Source of the DNA: Clostridia bacterium | Lineage (GTDB): Bacteria; Bacillota; Clostridia; TANB77; CAG-508 | NCBI GenBank assembly: GCA_017937285.1 | Contig: JAGBDU010000029.1 | Span: 4,258-68,257, forward strand | Reading direction: 5' to 3' | Length of the DNA stretch: 64,000 bases | Shown here: positions 1-11,440 of the stretch, one piece after another | Position numbering within the stretch: position 1 is the stretch's first letter | Layout of the letters: each line of letters opens with the position of its first letter | Notes under the pieces: generated by a model | What the model was told of the DNA's origin: nothing | The model's input: the letters and a program-made list of their open reading frames with translations, nothing else | Databases searched by the model: none | Translations under genes and position numbers: made by a program

Positions 1-337
1 TTTCCCATAACTTAATCATATCAGGAATCACTTCAGGTGGATCTTGTAAATCAGCATCAATTATTACGATTGCATCACCAGTTACAAATTTAAGACCTGC
101 TGTTACAGCACATTGATGTCCAAAATTTCTAGTAAAAGATATTACTTTTACACGATTATCTTTAGATGCAATATCTTCTAATATAGGTAATGTTTTATCT
201 TTACTACCATCATTTATACAAACAATTTCATAATCATAATCTTCTAAACTTTTTAAAACTTCAGTTATTTTTAAATAACATTTTTCTACAACTTCTTCTT
301 CATAGTACATAGGAATTACTAAAGATATTTTTTTCAA
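1..337 (-). CDS. GT2 family glycosyltransferase, GtrB/YkoT-like (5' part; runs off window start)
   Basis: Manual translation from a TTG start after GGGAGG: MKKISLVIPMYYEEE...CINDGSKDKT...FTRNFGHQCAVTAG...IIDADLQDPPE (NDGS, RNFG and DADLQD motifs). Not in the ORF track. Confidence 0.92.
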   Translation of the reverse strand, partial: MKKISLVIPMYYEEEVVEKCYLKITEVLKSLEDYDYEIVCINDGSKDKTLPILEDIASKDNRVKVISFTRNFGHQCAVTAGLKFVTGDAIVIIDADLQDPPEVIPDMIKLWE

Positions 338-508
338 CTCAAACAACCTCCCAAATATATTTATAATTATCAATCAAAGCATATATTAATTTTAAAAAGT
401 TACCACCATATGACTGTTAAACTCTTTAATATCCACCAACTTATAATCAACATCAAGCTTTCTTTTATATTCAACAAATTCCTCTATATCTCCTTCACCT
501 TTTAAAAT

Positions 509-1999
509 CTAATCTTCAATTATATTTTCATATACATCATAAATTCCCACAGTTTCAATGTATTTCAAATTTTCTTTTATATAAGCTCTTACCTCTTCTG
601 GATTTTGCCAATTTCTAGTATAATTATCATTTAAAATTAAATATTTAGCATCTTCATTTTTTATTTGGTCTATTTGTGTTTCTTCTCCTCCTCTTCCAAA
701 ATTTCCTTTATTGAACATATCATAGTTTTTATTATATTTATTTATTGGAATCATATATATTGCTGCTGATGAGTCTAATATATATACTTTTTTATCTGAC
801 GAATTTATATAATTATCTATCTCTTTTATAGAATCGTTTAAATTTTCTGATACATATATATTTTTAAAATGGTTTATGCCCTTATATTTACTTAATATAC
901 CTAGGGTTTCTGAATTTTTAAATTCTACATATGTAGTACATAATATAACCCATACTAAAGAAATAATTTCTATAAATTCTAATACATATTTACCCGATAC
1001 TTTAATATATTTATTTGCAATTAAGTTTATAAAATATATTAGTAATATAAATGTAGGTATTGCACCTATTAAAAAATGAATATTATCGGAAATTGGATAT
1101 GCTATTGCAAAAATTGGTAAACTATATGCATTTAATAATAAGAATATTCTGTTTTCTTTTTTTAAACATTTCATTATTATATTTACTATTGTAGAAAATA
1201 TTAATATTATTGGTACACAAGTACTTAATATTTGTATTACTAAATTTTGTGATTGAATTAATGATTTGTATGAAATTCTATTTGAAAATGTTTTTATTCC
1301 AAATACACAATAATCTAAAAAGTCATAAAAGGCTTTATTGTATAATAAATATATTACAAATATCATAATAGGAATGATTATTCCTATTATTCTAAATAAT
1401 ATAATTTTCAAATATTTTTTTATATCAGATTTATTTTTTATAAAGAATAACTGATTTATAACTATAATAAAGCAAATTAACAAACCAATCGATTGTTTTG
1501 TGCAAAATGCTAGTCCACCTAGCAAACCAATAAATATTTGATTTTTCATCGTGATTTTTTCTTTTTTTATATTTTTTACTTCTAGTAATATTATTATTAA
1601 CCCTATTGCCAACACAAAAAAATTATAGTCTAAACAGAAGTAATCTTTTAGTAGAAATATAATTATTAATACTAAAACACCTGCAATTTGCTTTGGAATA
1701 TCAACTTTTTTGCAAATTTTATATACTAATATTAAATTTACTGTTGCAAGTATTGTGGCTAATATTCTTGTTACAAACATTTCTGAACCAAATATTTTTA
1801 AGAATATTGCTGTTATAAAACTTAACAACGGTGTTGTTATCATGCTAATATCTTTATATGGAATAAGTCCTATTGATATACATCTAGCAATATTAAAATT
1901 CCATACCTCATCTAAATCTGATAATGGTTTTACAAGTATATATGTTAAAATCGTTATAAAAATGCCTGCCCAAAATATTACATTTTTTAATTTTTTCAT
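509..1999 (-). CDS. Polytopic membrane protein, probable GT-C (ArnT/PMT-like) glycosyltransferase
   Basis: About 11 hydrophobic segments; N-terminal DLDEVWNF...G..PYKD...TPL loop; sits upstream of a GT2 gene. Confidence 0.6.
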   Translation of the reverse strand: MKKLKNVIFWAGIFITILTYILVKPLSDLDEVWNFNIARCISIGLIPYKDISMITTPLLSFITAIFLKIFGSEMFVTRILATILATVNLILVYKICKKVDIPKQIAGVLVLIIIFLLKDYFCLDYNFFVLAIGLIIILLEVKNIKKEKITMKNQIFIGLLGGLAFCTKQSIGLLICFIIVINQLFFIKNKSDIKKYLKIILFRIIGIIIPIMIFVIYLLYNKAFYDFLDYCVFGIKTFSNRISYKSLIQSQNLVIQILSTCVPIILIFSTIVNIIMKCLKKENRIFLLLNAYSLPIFAIAYPISDNIHFLIGAIPTFILLIYFINLIANKYIKVSGKYVLEFIEIISLVWVILCTTYVEFKNSETLGILSKYKGINHFKNIYVSENLNDSIKEIDNYINSSDKKVYILDSSAAIYMIPINKYNKNYDMFNKGNFGRGGEETQIDQIKNEDAKYLILNDNYTRNWQNPEEVRAYIKENLKYIETVGIYDVYENIIED

Positions 2000-2023
2000 A
2001 TTTAACTCCATTCTAAAAAAATA

Positions 2024-3025
2024 TTATTTCATTTCGTATCCCATATGTGCATATGCTGCAGGAAGTGGAATTCTTCCTCTAGGTGTTCTTGAAATAAATC
2101 CTATTTGTATTAAATATGGCTCATATACATCTTCAATAGTATCTACTTCTTCACCTACTGTTGTTGCTAAAGCATCTATTCCAACTGGTCTTCCACCATA
2201 TTTTTCTATCATTGTTTCTAGTATTTTTCTATCTATATCATCTAACCCTATTTCATCTATTTCTAATCTATTTAACGCCACTTTTGTAAGTTTTATATCA
2301 ATATTATTATTAGATAATACTGCTGCATAATCTCTTACTCTTTTTAAAAGTCTATTTGCAATTCTAGGTGTTCCTCTTGATCTTCTTGCAATTTCTTCTG
2401 CAGATTTTTCATCTATATCTACATCTAATATTTTTGCAGTTCTTTTTACGATTGATTTTAAATCATTTATATCATATAGCTCTAATCTACTTACAATTCC
2501 AAATCTATCTCTTAGTGGTGTAGATAATGAACCTGCTTTTGTTGTAGCTCCTATTAATGTGAATTTTGGTAAATCTATTCTTATAGATTTTGAAGTCGGT
2601 CCTTTTCCTATTACTATATCTAATGTAAAATCTTCTAATGCAGGATATAATATTTCTTCTACATTTTTATTTAATCTATGTATTTCATCTATAAATAAAA
2701 CATCAAATTCAGATAAATTTGTAAGTAAAGCTGCAAGGTCTCCTGCTTTTTCTATTGCGGGACCAGAAGTAATTTTTATGTTTGAATTCATTTCATTTGC
2801 AATAATATTTGCAAGTGTTGTTTTTCCAAGTCCTGGAGGACCATATAGTAAAACATGATCTAATGCTTCTTCCCTTTTTTTAGCTGCTTCTATATAAATT
2901 TTCATATTTTCCTTTACTTTTGATTGTCCTATATATTCTTCTAAAACTTTGGGTCTTATTGATGTTTCTAAATTTTCTTCTATAGAATTTTCTAGCTCTG
3001 GGTTCATTAATTTATTACTATCCAT
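2024..3025 (-). CDS. ruvB: Holliday junction branch migration helicase RuvB
   Basis: [47 protein letters not shown]. Confidence 0.98.
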   Translation of the reverse strand: MDSNKLMNPELENSIEENLETSIRPKVLEEYIGQSKVKENMKIYIEAAKKREEALDHVLLYGPPGLGKTTLANIIANEMNSNIKITSGPAIEKAGDLAALLTNLSEFDVLFIDEIHRLNKNVEEILYPALEDFTLDIVIGKGPTSKSIRIDLPKFTLIGATTKAGSLSTPLRDRFGIVSRLELYDINDLKSIVKRTAKILDVDIDEKSAEEIARRSRGTPRIANRLLKRVRDYAAVLSNNNIDIKLTKVALNRLEIDEIGLDDIDRKILETMIEKYGGRPVGIDALATTVGEEVDTIEDVYEPYLIQIGFISRTPRGRIPLPAAYAHMGYEMK

Positions 3026-3082
3026 ATAAAAATTCAATCCTTTCTAAATATTCAGTATCTACAAAATATTTTTTTACTTGTT

Positions 3083-3152
3083 ACAGTTCAGTGCAAAGAA
3101 TATGCCGTTCCAAAGGAATTATATTATAAAAAATTCCTTTTCCACTACTCTA
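3083..3152. repeat. Internally deleted copy of the dispersed MITE-like element
   Basis: ACAGTTCAG...CCGTTCCAAAGGAATTATATTATAAAAAATTCC-TTTTCCACTACTCTA matches both ends of the 17628-17827 copy. Confidence 0.8.
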
Positions 3153-3157
3153 TATAT

Positions 3158-5050
3158 TTACTTTAATAAGTTATTAAGTACAATGGAATTTGAAATTGTT
3201 AGCTCTTGCTCCATACTATTAATATAATAATCTAATTTTTCTTTTTCCTTATAATCAATAATATTTATATCAATTTTTTCTCCATTTGCTCTACTGTACC
3301 AATCTCCATTATAGTAATATTCATTAGTAACTACTATTCCATTATTCAAACATGCAAAGTCTTTATTTCCAAAAATATTAGTTCCTAAAGATAAACCATC
3401 TTCTAATCCACATATATAACAAAGAGTAGGTTTTATATCTAATTTACTAACTACTTTTGTTATTTCCATTTTATCTACACCAGGAATTTTTATTCCGCAC
3501 ACTACATTAGCATAATTTATTTCTGTTTCTACAATATTATATTCGTGGTCATTTTCTTTAATAAATTCTAACATTTCTTCATTGTACATTTGCACCCCAT
3601 AATGATCTCCAAAAACAAGTATTACTGTATCATCATATAAACCTGCATCTTTTAGTTCGTCTATAAAAATTCCAAATGCGTAATCTGCATAATTTATTGC
3701 TTCTAAATAATCTCCAAAATATGTATTCTTATATTTTCCAACATTAATTGATACTCTATCATATTTATTTTCTAATCCTGGCAAATCAAAAGCATTATGA
3801 GATGAAGCTGACACTATATTAACAAAAAAAGGTGTTTGCGCATCACTTAATTTTTTCACGGCTTGCTTATATAATGTTTCATCTGATAACCAACCATTTA
3901 TAAGTTCACTATCTTCATCAAAACTATCTATAAAATCTAATTCATCTACCTGTAATAATCTATATACATTTTTTCTGTTCCAAAAAGCTCCATCATTTCC
4001 ATGCATATATATGTTGTAATAATCAGATTTTTTATACATATCAAATATATCTTCATATTTATTATTACTATATTGTGCAAAAGCCATTCCATTTTCTAAT
4101 GGATATAATGATGATATTACCGAGTGCTCTGAATCTGCTGTTGTAGAATAACTTTGACTCATCATATTATTAATTTTTATATTTTCATTAATAAATTTAT
4201 TTAAATTTGGCGTTATTTCTTTTCCATTTATAGTTTTATTTAATAAATAATTTTGAAAAGACTCTAACTGTAATAAAATTACATTTTTTCCTTCAGCTAT
4301 ACCAAATAAATTATATACATCATTTTCATATTTTGTGTTATATTCATTTTTTAAATTATCATATGCAGTTAAAACATCTTGTTTATTAGTATATTTTGCT
4401 GTTTTTCTTAGATTCATATTACTTTGAACATCTAAATAATGAAATGTATATAATGTTCCTTTTTCCAATTGCATTTTTTTATTATATTTATAACTTTGAG
4501 CTTCGACTACATAAATTTGTATTGTTGAAGTAAAAATTGCTACCATAATTGTTGTATAAATTACAGCTGATTTCCAATTACGTTCTTTTATTTTTTCAAT
4601 TTTGATAAATTTTGTTATTAATAATATTATAACTAGAAATATATCTATAAAATATAAAATTTGTGAAATACTTAATAGATCTTTTATTGCTGTTGCTATT
4701 TGTTCTGAATATTGAATATTGCTAATTTGTGATACAGATATTAAACTTGTTGAATAATTATAATATAAATTATCAGCAAACATTAAACTACTAAAAAATA
4801 TATTTACTATAAAAGCTAAAACAAATCTTAATTTATTTCTAAATATAAATAAAAATGTAACTACAAACATTGAAAATATAAATGTTTTTGCTATTATATC
4901 AATTTCTACTGCCTCTGCTTGATATATTGTTTCTTTATAAAAAAGCACCATTTTAAAAAATAACAATATTCCTGTAAAAATTATAATTAGTTCAGAGTTT
5001 ACCATTTTATTAATACATTTTTTTAGCACATTTATTATATCATTTTTCAT
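3158..5050 (-). CDS. ltaS: LTA synthase family protein (LtaS-like sulfatase domain)
   Basis: Five N-terminal TM segments; NVILLQLESFQ, GKEITPNLN, TADSE, HGN..FWNR, FGDH. Confidence 0.88.
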   Translation of the reverse strand: MKNDIINVLKKCINKMVNSELIIIFTGILLFFKMVLFYKETIYQAEAVEIDIIAKTFIFSMFVVTFLFIFRNKLRFVLAFIVNIFFSSLMFADNLYYNYSTSLISVSQISNIQYSEQIATAIKDLLSISQILYFIDIFLVIILLITKFIKIEKIKERNWKSAVIYTTIMVAIFTSTIQIYVVEAQSYKYNKKMQLEKGTLYTFHYLDVQSNMNLRKTAKYTNKQDVLTAYDNLKNEYNTKYENDVYNLFGIAEGKNVILLQLESFQNYLLNKTINGKEITPNLNKFINENIKINNMMSQSYSTTADSEHSVISSLYPLENGMAFAQYSNNKYEDIFDMYKKSDYYNIYMHGNDGAFWNRKNVYRLLQVDELDFIDSFDEDSELINGWLSDETLYKQAVKKLSDAQTPFFVNIVSASSHNAFDLPGLENKYDRVSINVGKYKNTYFGDYLEAINYADYAFGIFIDELKDAGLYDDTVILVFGDHYGVQMYNEEMLEFIKENDHEYNIVETEINYANVVCGIKIPGVDKMEITKVVSKLDIKPTLCYICGLEDGLSLGTNIFGNKDFACLNNGIVVTNEYYYNGDWYSRANGEKIDINIIDYKEKEKLDYYINSMEQELTISNSIVLNNLLK

Positions 5051-5261
5051 TATATATTTTTCTCCTATCATTTATTTTTGGCATATGGTAATTTTGCACT
5101 ATTAACACTCACTTTTTAAGTAGTGAAAAAGGGTTCATTATTATCTGTAAATTGTAACAGTAATTTTGTACGCACTCTTATAGCTCTTTTTATACAATTA
5201 ATAATAGTGAAAGTATTCTGCATTTTTCAAAATGGAAAAATAAAAGTGTCCTCAAATTCCC

Positions 5262-5741
5262 TTAATTATTATTTATGTAATTTTCTATTATAGATATAAT
5301 GTTGCTTTCACTTTTTTTGTATTCTTTTGGATTAAAATTCTCCATAGATTTAATTACTTTTTCTAAATTCTTTACATTTATTACATATTTAACATATCCT
5401 TGTTGTTTAAATTTTTTGGCAATTTGTATCTGATGATCATTAACATGTTCATTATATCTTTTTAATCTTGGCACTACTATAACTTTTTTGCCTTTTTCTA
5501 ATGATGAAATTATTGAGCCCACTCCTGCATGGGTAATTATTAAATCTGCTTCATCTTGTAATTTAGAAAATTGTTTTTTGTCAACCAAAGAAAAAATTTT
5601 CATATCTTTTGAATCAAATTTGGTAAAACCTGCCTGCACAATAACTTTATCTGTAATTACTTTTTTATCAATATTATCTTGAATTGCTTCTAATAATCGT
5701 GTAAAACTATTATTTTGTGTTCCTAATAATACTAAAATCAT
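5262..5741 (-). CDS. PssE/Cps14G-like glycosyltransferase (GT28 C-terminal/Alg13-like)
   Basis: MILVLLGTQ..F.RL, ITHAGVGSI, VVPR..YNEHVNDHQ. Confidence 0.9.
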   Translation of the reverse strand: MILVLLGTQNNSFTRLLEAIQDNIDKKVITDKVIVQAGFTKFDSKDMKIFSLVDKKQFSKLQDEADLIITHAGVGSIISSLEKGKKVIVVPRLKRYNEHVNDHQIQIAKKFKQQGYVKYVINVKNLEKVIKSMENFNPKEYKKSESNIISIIENYINNN

Positions 5742-5800
5742 ATTAATTTCTCCATTCTTAATTAACATTGAGGCACACATTAAGACGTTAAAAATGTGCA

Positions 5801-6271
5801 TTAATATATTGAACCTCCATACACAGCCTTAGGATATAACTCCAACATTTCTTTCCATTGAACTATAAATAAGTTAGAAATTGGATATATCATTCTTCCT
5901 GACAATGTTTTAGATTTTGAATTTGCAAATGTTTCTATAAATATAATTTTACTTCCAAATATTTTTCCTAAATAACACATTGGAACAGCAGTATGGGTTC
6001 CTGTTGTAACTATATATTTTGGTCTTATTTTAAAATATAAATAAATTGTTTTTAAACATAAGTACAAATATTTAAAAATATATGTAAATAATTTACTTCT
6101 TGTTCCATATGGTAAAAAGAAAAATTTTTCTCCATATTCTTTTTTTAAATTTTCACTAGTTTTATCTTTTTCTGTTATTATGTATGAATCGTATTTTTTA
6201 AATAAAGGTTTTAATTGTAATAATTCACTAAAATGTCCACCTGTACTTGAAATAAATAATACTTTTTTCAT
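5801..6271 (-). CDS. PssD/Cps14F-like (Alg14-like) polysaccharide biosynthesis protein
   Basis: SSTGGHFSEL, IVTTGTH.AVP, IFIETFAN...TLSGR, VQW. Confidence 0.92.
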   Translation of the reverse strand: MKKVLFISSTGGHFSELLQLKPLFKKYDSYIITEKDKTSENLKKEYGEKFFFLPYGTRSKLFTYIFKYLYLCLKTIYLYFKIRPKYIVTTGTHTAVPMCYLGKIFGSKIIFIETFANSKSKTLSGRMIYPISNLFIVQWKEMLELYPKAVYGGSIY

Positions 6272-6367
6272 AGATTATACCTTTCATAATATTTATTAAC
6301 TTCATAAATTTTTTAATGAAATTTTATAAATACTTATATTTTATTAAATTAAATAAATTGTTATATT

Positions 6368-7429
6368 TTATCCTCTTTTTAATATATCTTTATACCCCAT
6401 TGCAAATATTGCAATTATTAACAAAGCAAATGATATTGCTTTCCATATTCCACTTTCTAATAATATTATTGCAAACATTCCAAGAGTTGTTGCAATTCCA
6501 TATAATATTAGAACTGATTCTTTTTGCGAATAACCTAATTTCATTAGTCTATGGTGTAAATGCCCTCTATCAGGTTCAAATACAGCTTTTAATGATTTAC
6601 CTTTTAATATCCTTCTTATTATTGCAAATCCTGTATCAAATATTGGTAATGCTAGTACAATTAATGGTGCTATTATTACAATTATAGTATACGTTTTTGC
6701 TACACCTAGTATTGCTATAATTGATATTGCAAACCCCAAAAAGTTTGAGCCACAGTCTCCCATATATGTTTTAGCAGGATTAAAATTAAATGGCAAAAAT
6801 CCTACTATTCCACCAGCTAGAGCTGTAATTAACAATATAGATATTAATGGAGAACCATTACTTGCAAATATTATTAATAATGAGACACATGCTATTAATG
6901 TTATTCCTGAAGATAGCCCATCTAAACCATCTGTTAAATTTATAGCATTTGTTATTCCTACTATCCAAATCCATGTTATTACATATTCTAAAAAGCCATT
7001 TAGCTCTATTAATTTATCAAAAATTGGTATGTTTATATCTCCTATTGTTATACCAAATAGCATAACAACAATTGCTGCAATTGTTTGTCCAAACAATTTT
7101 AATAATGGATGTAATCCTTTACAATCATCTATAAATCCTACTATTGTTATTACAATAATTCCAGCAAAAAAACCTATTAGTTTCCAATGATATTCATCTA
7201 TAACAACCTTATCTTCTAATTCCATTGATATTATTAAATATATCATTGATACAAAAAAACCAGAAACTATTGCTAATCCACCTAATCTTGGCATAGGAAC
7301 TTTATTTATTCTTCTTTCTGATGGATTATCTATTGCATTAACTTTTTTGGCAAATCTCATTGAATATGGTGTTACTACATATGCTGTAATAAATGCTAAT
7401 ACAAATGCAATTGCTATATCTCCCCACAT
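6368..7429 (-). CDS. tagO: Undecaprenyl-phosphate GlcNAc-1-phosphate transferase (TagO/WecA)
   Basis: PRLGGLAI, GFIDD, NAINLTDGLDGL, FNFNPAKTYMGDCGS, DRGHLHHRL. Confidence 0.93.
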   Translation of the reverse strand: MWGDIAIAFVLAFITAYVVTPYSMRFAKKVNAIDNPSERRINKVPMPRLGGLAIVSGFFVSMIYLIISMELEDKVVIDEYHWKLIGFFAGIIVITIVGFIDDCKGLHPLLKLFGQTIAAIVVMLFGITIGDINIPIFDKLIELNGFLEYVITWIWIVGITNAINLTDGLDGLSSGITLIACVSLLIIFASNGSPLISILLITALAGGIVGFLPFNFNPAKTYMGDCGSNFLGFAISIIAILGVAKTYTIIVIIAPLIVLALPIFDTGFAIIRRILKGKSLKAVFEPDRGHLHHRLMKLGYSQKESVLILYGIATTLGMFAIILLESGIWKAISFALLIIAIFAMGYKDILKRG

Positions 7430-7448
7430 ATTTTTTCTCCTTTACATT

Positions 7449-8147
7449 TTACAATTTGATTATTTCGATATTTTTATATCCTATAAATAAACCGCTTTCT
7501 ACAACTCCTGTTATTTTTTTTATTTGTTCTTCTAAATTAATATCTATGTTGCTAAATTTTACATCTATAATAAAGTTATTATTTTCTGTAATTATTGGAC
7601 CATCTTTTCCTTGACCAGTTCTTAAATTACATTCTGTCGCACCTAATTTATAAAGTTCTTCTTTTACATAATTTAATGTTTCAGGATAACATTCCACTGG
7701 TATTTTAAATTTTTCACCTAATTTTTTTACAAATTTACTTTTATCTGCTAATATATATACTTTTTTTGAATTAACAATATTTAATTTTTCTTTAAACATT
7801 GCTGCACCTCTACCTTTAATTAACCAGTTATTTTCATCAACTTCATCTGTACCATCAAAACTCCAATCTGGCTTTTTTTCTAATAATGTTGCAATTGGAA
7901 TTTCTAAACTATTACATAGTAATTTTATTTCATATGATGTTGGAATTGCAGTAATTTTTAATTTTTCTTTTTTTATTCTTTCTGCAATCTCTTTTACTGC
8001 TAAAAATGATGTGGATCCAGAACCAAATCCAATAACATCTCCATCGTTTACCTTTTGAGCAATTTGCTTTCCAATTTTTATTTTTTCCTCTTTATTTATT
8101 ATGTTGGAATTCCATTCTGTGTATGTTTTTTCTATATTCCAATTCAT
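7449..8147 (-). CDS. rpiA: Ribose-5-phosphate isomerase A
   Basis: IGFGSGST, DGTDEVD, IKGRGAA..KEK, GVVESGLF. Confidence 0.95.
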   Translation of the reverse strand: MNWNIEKTYTEWNSNIINKEEKIKIGKQIAQKVNDGDVIGFGSGSTSFLAVKEIAERIKKEKLKITAIPTSYEIKLLCNSLEIPIATLLEKKPDWSFDGTDEVDENNWLIKGRGAAMFKEKLNIVNSKKVYILADKSKFVKKLGEKFKIPVECYPETLNYVKEELYKLGATECNLRTGQGKDGPIITENNNFIIDVKFSNIDINLEEQIKKITGVVESGLFIGYKNIEIIKL

Positions 8148-8204
8148 TATGTATTTACCTCCATTTAAATATTTTTTTCGGTTTGTTCTGAAATGTTTTG
8201 CTTA

Positions 8205-9092
8205 CTATTTTAACCTTTGTTTTACAACCTCATATATAACAATTCCTGCTGATACAGAAGCATTAAGTGATGTTATTTTACCTTTCATAGGAATTTTAAC
8301 TAAAAAATCACAGTTTTCTTTTACTAATCGGCTCATTCCAAATCCTTCACTACCAATTACAATTCCAATTGGCATTTTAAAGTCTTGATTATGATAATAT
8401 GTGTTGGTGTTCATATCTGTTCCACATATCCATAAGCCTTGCTCTTTTAAATATTTTATTGTTTCTGTAATATTATTTACTCTTGCTATTTTCATATGTG
8501 CTGTAGCACCTGCAGATACTTTATTTACCGTACTGTTTACAGAAGCTGCCCTTCTTTTAGGAATTATTATTCCATGAACTCCTGCTGTTTCTGCAGTTCT
8601 AATTATTGAGCCTAAGTTATGTGGATCTTCTATTCCATCTAATATTATTATAAAGGGATCTTCATTTTTGTTTTTAGCTTCTTCTAAAATTTCATCCACA
8701 TCACAATAATTAAATGGTGAAACTACTGCAATTACTCCTTGATGATTTTTTGTTTTTGACATATAATCTAATTTTGATTTTTCTACTTCTTTAATAATTA
8801 CCTTTTTTTCTTTTGCAACTGCAATAATTTTATTTATTGATCCATGTTTTTCTCCATTTTGAACAAATATTTTATTTATATCTCTATCTGTTTTTAAAAG
8901 CTCTATTACAGAATTTCTTCCTTCTACAATATCATCATAAGAATTTTCGTCATTTTCGTAATTATCTTTTTTATCTATAATTTTATTACTTTTTTTATTT
9001 ACAAAATCTTTATTTTTTTTATGATTTTCATTTTGTAAATTCTTTATCCTTTGAGATTTATTTTTTGAATTGTTTTTTAATTTTTCTTTCAT
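8205..9092 (-). CDS. rlmB: 23S rRNA Gm2251 2'-O-methyltransferase RlmB (TrmH family) with a Lys/Asn-rich N-terminal extension
   Basis: EGRNSV, HQGV, DPHNLGSIIRTA, GSEGFG, SLNASVSA. Confidence 0.95.
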   Translation of the reverse strand: MKEKLKNNSKNKSQRIKNLQNENHKKNKDFVNKKSNKIIDKKDNYENDENSYDDIVEGRNSVIELLKTDRDINKIFVQNGEKHGSINKIIAVAKEKKVIIKEVEKSKLDYMSKTKNHQGVIAVVSPFNYCDVDEILEEAKNKNEDPFIIILDGIEDPHNLGSIIRTAETAGVHGIIIPKRRAASVNSTVNKVSAGATAHMKIARVNNITETIKYLKEQGLWICGTDMNTNTYYHNQDFKMPIGIVIGSEGFGMSRLVKENCDFLVKIPMKGKITSLNASVSAGIVIYEVVKQRLK

Positions 9093-9334
9093 ATTTACCT
9101 CAATTCTATTTATTAATTTGATTAAACATTTCTTTTAAATTTTTTTAGATAAATTACTCCATATCTAATAAGCTCATCTTAATTTTGCTCATAAATCTAG
9201 TTTTTAAAAATACCTTATATCTTGAAAAAGTTTAATTGCAATTTCGGCAAAATTATTCTTTTCATTTTAAATTTAATTCCTTTCTAGCTTAGCTTAAAGT
9301 CACACATAATAATGAAAAAAATATTTTATTTAAA

Positions 9335-11146
9335 TTATTCTTCATCTAATTTTAATACTGATAAAAATGCTTCTTGTGGTATTTCTACATTTCCTATTTC
9401 ACGCATTTTTTTCTTGCCACGTTTTTGTTTTTCTAATAATTTTTTCTTTCTTGTTATATCTCCGCCATAGCATTTAGCTAAAACATCTTTTCTCATTGCA
9501 GATATTGTTTCTCTTGCAATAATTTTTCCTCCGATAACGGCTTGTATTGGTATTGTAAATAAATGTCTTGGTATTACAGCTTTTAATTTTTCTACCATTT
9601 TTTTACCTTTATCATACGCCATATCTTTATGTACAATAAAAGATAATGCATCTACACCTTCGCCATTTACCCATATATCTAATTTCACAAGCTCGGATCT
9701 TTTATACTCTTTTAATTCATAATCAAATGATGCGTATCCTTTTGTTTTTGATTTTAAATTATCAAAAAAGTCATATATTATTTCATTTAATGGCATTTCA
9801 TAAATTAATGTAACTCTACTTTGGTCAAGATACTTCATATCCACATAAATACCTCTTCTATTTTGGCATATTTCCATTATATTTCCAACATATTCTTTTG
9901 GAGTTAATATTTCTGCTGTTACATATGGCTCTTCAATATAAGATATTTCGTTTGGTACTGGTAGCTCTGATGGATTATATAAATCTATTACTTCTCCGTT
10001 TGTTTTATGTACTTTGTAAATAACAGATGGTGATGTTGTAATCAGGCTTAAATCAAACTCTCTATCTAATCTTTCTTCTATTATTTCTAAATGTAATAAA
10101 CCTAAAAATCCACATCTAAATCCAAATCCTAATGCTGCTGATGTTTCTTGTTCGTATTCTAATGCTGCATCATTTAATTTTAATTTTTCTAATGCTACTT
10201 TTAAGTTTTCGTAATCACTACCATCCATTGGATATAATCCACAATATACCATTGGATTTACTTTTTTATATCCTGGTAATGGCTCACTTGCTGGATTTTC
10301 TTTTAGTGTTATTGTATCACCAACTCGTATATCTGATAAATTTTTTATACTGGCTGCAATATATCCAACATCTCCTGCTTCTAGTTTATTTGATGGAACA
10401 TATGTACCTGGTTCAAAATATCCTACTTCTGTTACAGTAAATGTTTTTTTAGCTGCCATTAATTCTATTTCATCACCAACTTTTACAGTTCCATCTTTTA
10501 CTCTTACATATGCTATTGCACCTTTGTAATTATCATATAAAGAATCAAATATTAAGCATTTTAAGTTTGCATTTTCATCTCCTATTGGTGCTGGTATATC
10601 TGTTACTATTCTTTTTAGTACTTCTTCTACATTTAAACCTGACTTTGCAGATATACATGGTGCATCTTGTGCTGGTATCCCTATTATTTCTTCAATTTCG
10701 TCTTTTACTTCTTGTGGTCTTGCATTTGGTAAATCTATTTTATTGATTACTGGTAATATTTCTAGATTATTATCTATTGCTAGATACACATTTGCTAAGG
10801 TTTGTGCTTCAACACCTTGGCTACTGTCAACAACTAATATTGCTCCATCACATGCAGCTAAACTTCTTGATACTTCATAATTAAAATCTACATGCCCTGG
10901 AGTATCGATTAAATTAAATTCATATTCTTGACCATCTTTTGCTTTATATAACATTCTAACAGCTTGAGATTTTATTGTTATTCCTCTTTCACGCTCTATG
11001 TCCATATTATCTAAAACTTGGCTTTCCATCTCTCTTTTTGAAAGAACACCTGTCATTTCAATTAATCTATCTGCTAATGTTGATTTTCCATGATCTATAT
11101 GTGCTATAATGCTAAAATTTCTAATGTGCTTTTTTCTATCTTCCAC
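9335..11146 (-). CDS. lepA: Elongation factor 4 (LepA)
   Basis: [46 protein letters not shown]. Confidence 0.99.
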   Translation of the reverse strand: MEDRKKHIRNFSIIAHIDHGKSTLADRLIEMTGVLSKREMESQVLDNMDIERERGITIKSQAVRMLYKAKDGQEYEFNLIDTPGHVDFNYEVSRSLAACDGAILVVDSSQGVEAQTLANVYLAIDNNLEILPVINKIDLPNARPQEVKDEIEEIIGIPAQDAPCISAKSGLNVEEVLKRIVTDIPAPIGDENANLKCLIFDSLYDNYKGAIAYVRVKDGTVKVGDEIELMAAKKTFTVTEVGYFEPGTYVPSNKLEAGDVGYIAASIKNLSDIRVGDTITLKENPASEPLPGYKKVNPMVYCGLYPMDGSDYENLKVALEKLKLNDAALEYEQETSAALGFGFRCGFLGLLHLEIIEERLDREFDLSLITTSPSVIYKVHKTNGEVIDLYNPSELPVPNEISYIEEPYVTAEILTPKEYVGNIMEICQNRRGIYVDMKYLDQSRVTLIYEMPLNEIIYDFFDNLKSKTKGYASFDYELKEYKRSELVKLDIWVNGEGVDALSFIVHKDMAYDKGKKMVEKLKAVIPRHLFTIPIQAVIGGKIIARETISAMRKDVLAKCYGGDITRKKKLLEKQKRGKKKMREIGNVEIPQEAFLSVLKLDEE

Positions 11147-11282
11147 TACTTTAAGTTCCTCCTAATTTAGGTGTAATCCCTATTATTTTTTGTATATTAA
11201 TAATATCACAATTTTGTTTATTTTATCAATAGTATTGGATAAGATTACAATACTATTTAATAAAAATTATTAGAATCTTTTT

Positions 11283-11370
11283 TAGATTAGTGTAAAAGGA
11301 ATATTACAGTTCAGTAAGTCGTTAAATTTTCTATTGTAGAGGAGTTCAAAGGAATATAAATATTAAAAAT
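11283..11370. repeat. Degenerate fragments of the dispersed element (reversed right end followed by left end)
   Basis: TAGATTAGTGTAAAAGGAAT, then ACAGTTCAG...GTTCAAAGGAATATAAATATTAAAAAT. Confidence 0.55.
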
Positions 11371-11440
11371 AAAGTTTTTATTGAAATTATTAATTTATAT
11401 ATATATAATAAACTTAATCTATTTGAAAGGTAGTTAATTT

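Noticed and set aside
6608-6620. AGG as a second shifty codon
   Set aside because: In-frame AGG-A occurs in intact tagO (AGA AGG ATA), and AGG occurs in intact rlmB.
9140-9270. Possible degraded gene fragment between lepA and rlmB (AEIAIK..., DELIRYGV...)
   Set aside because: Multiple stops and too short to assign without a search.
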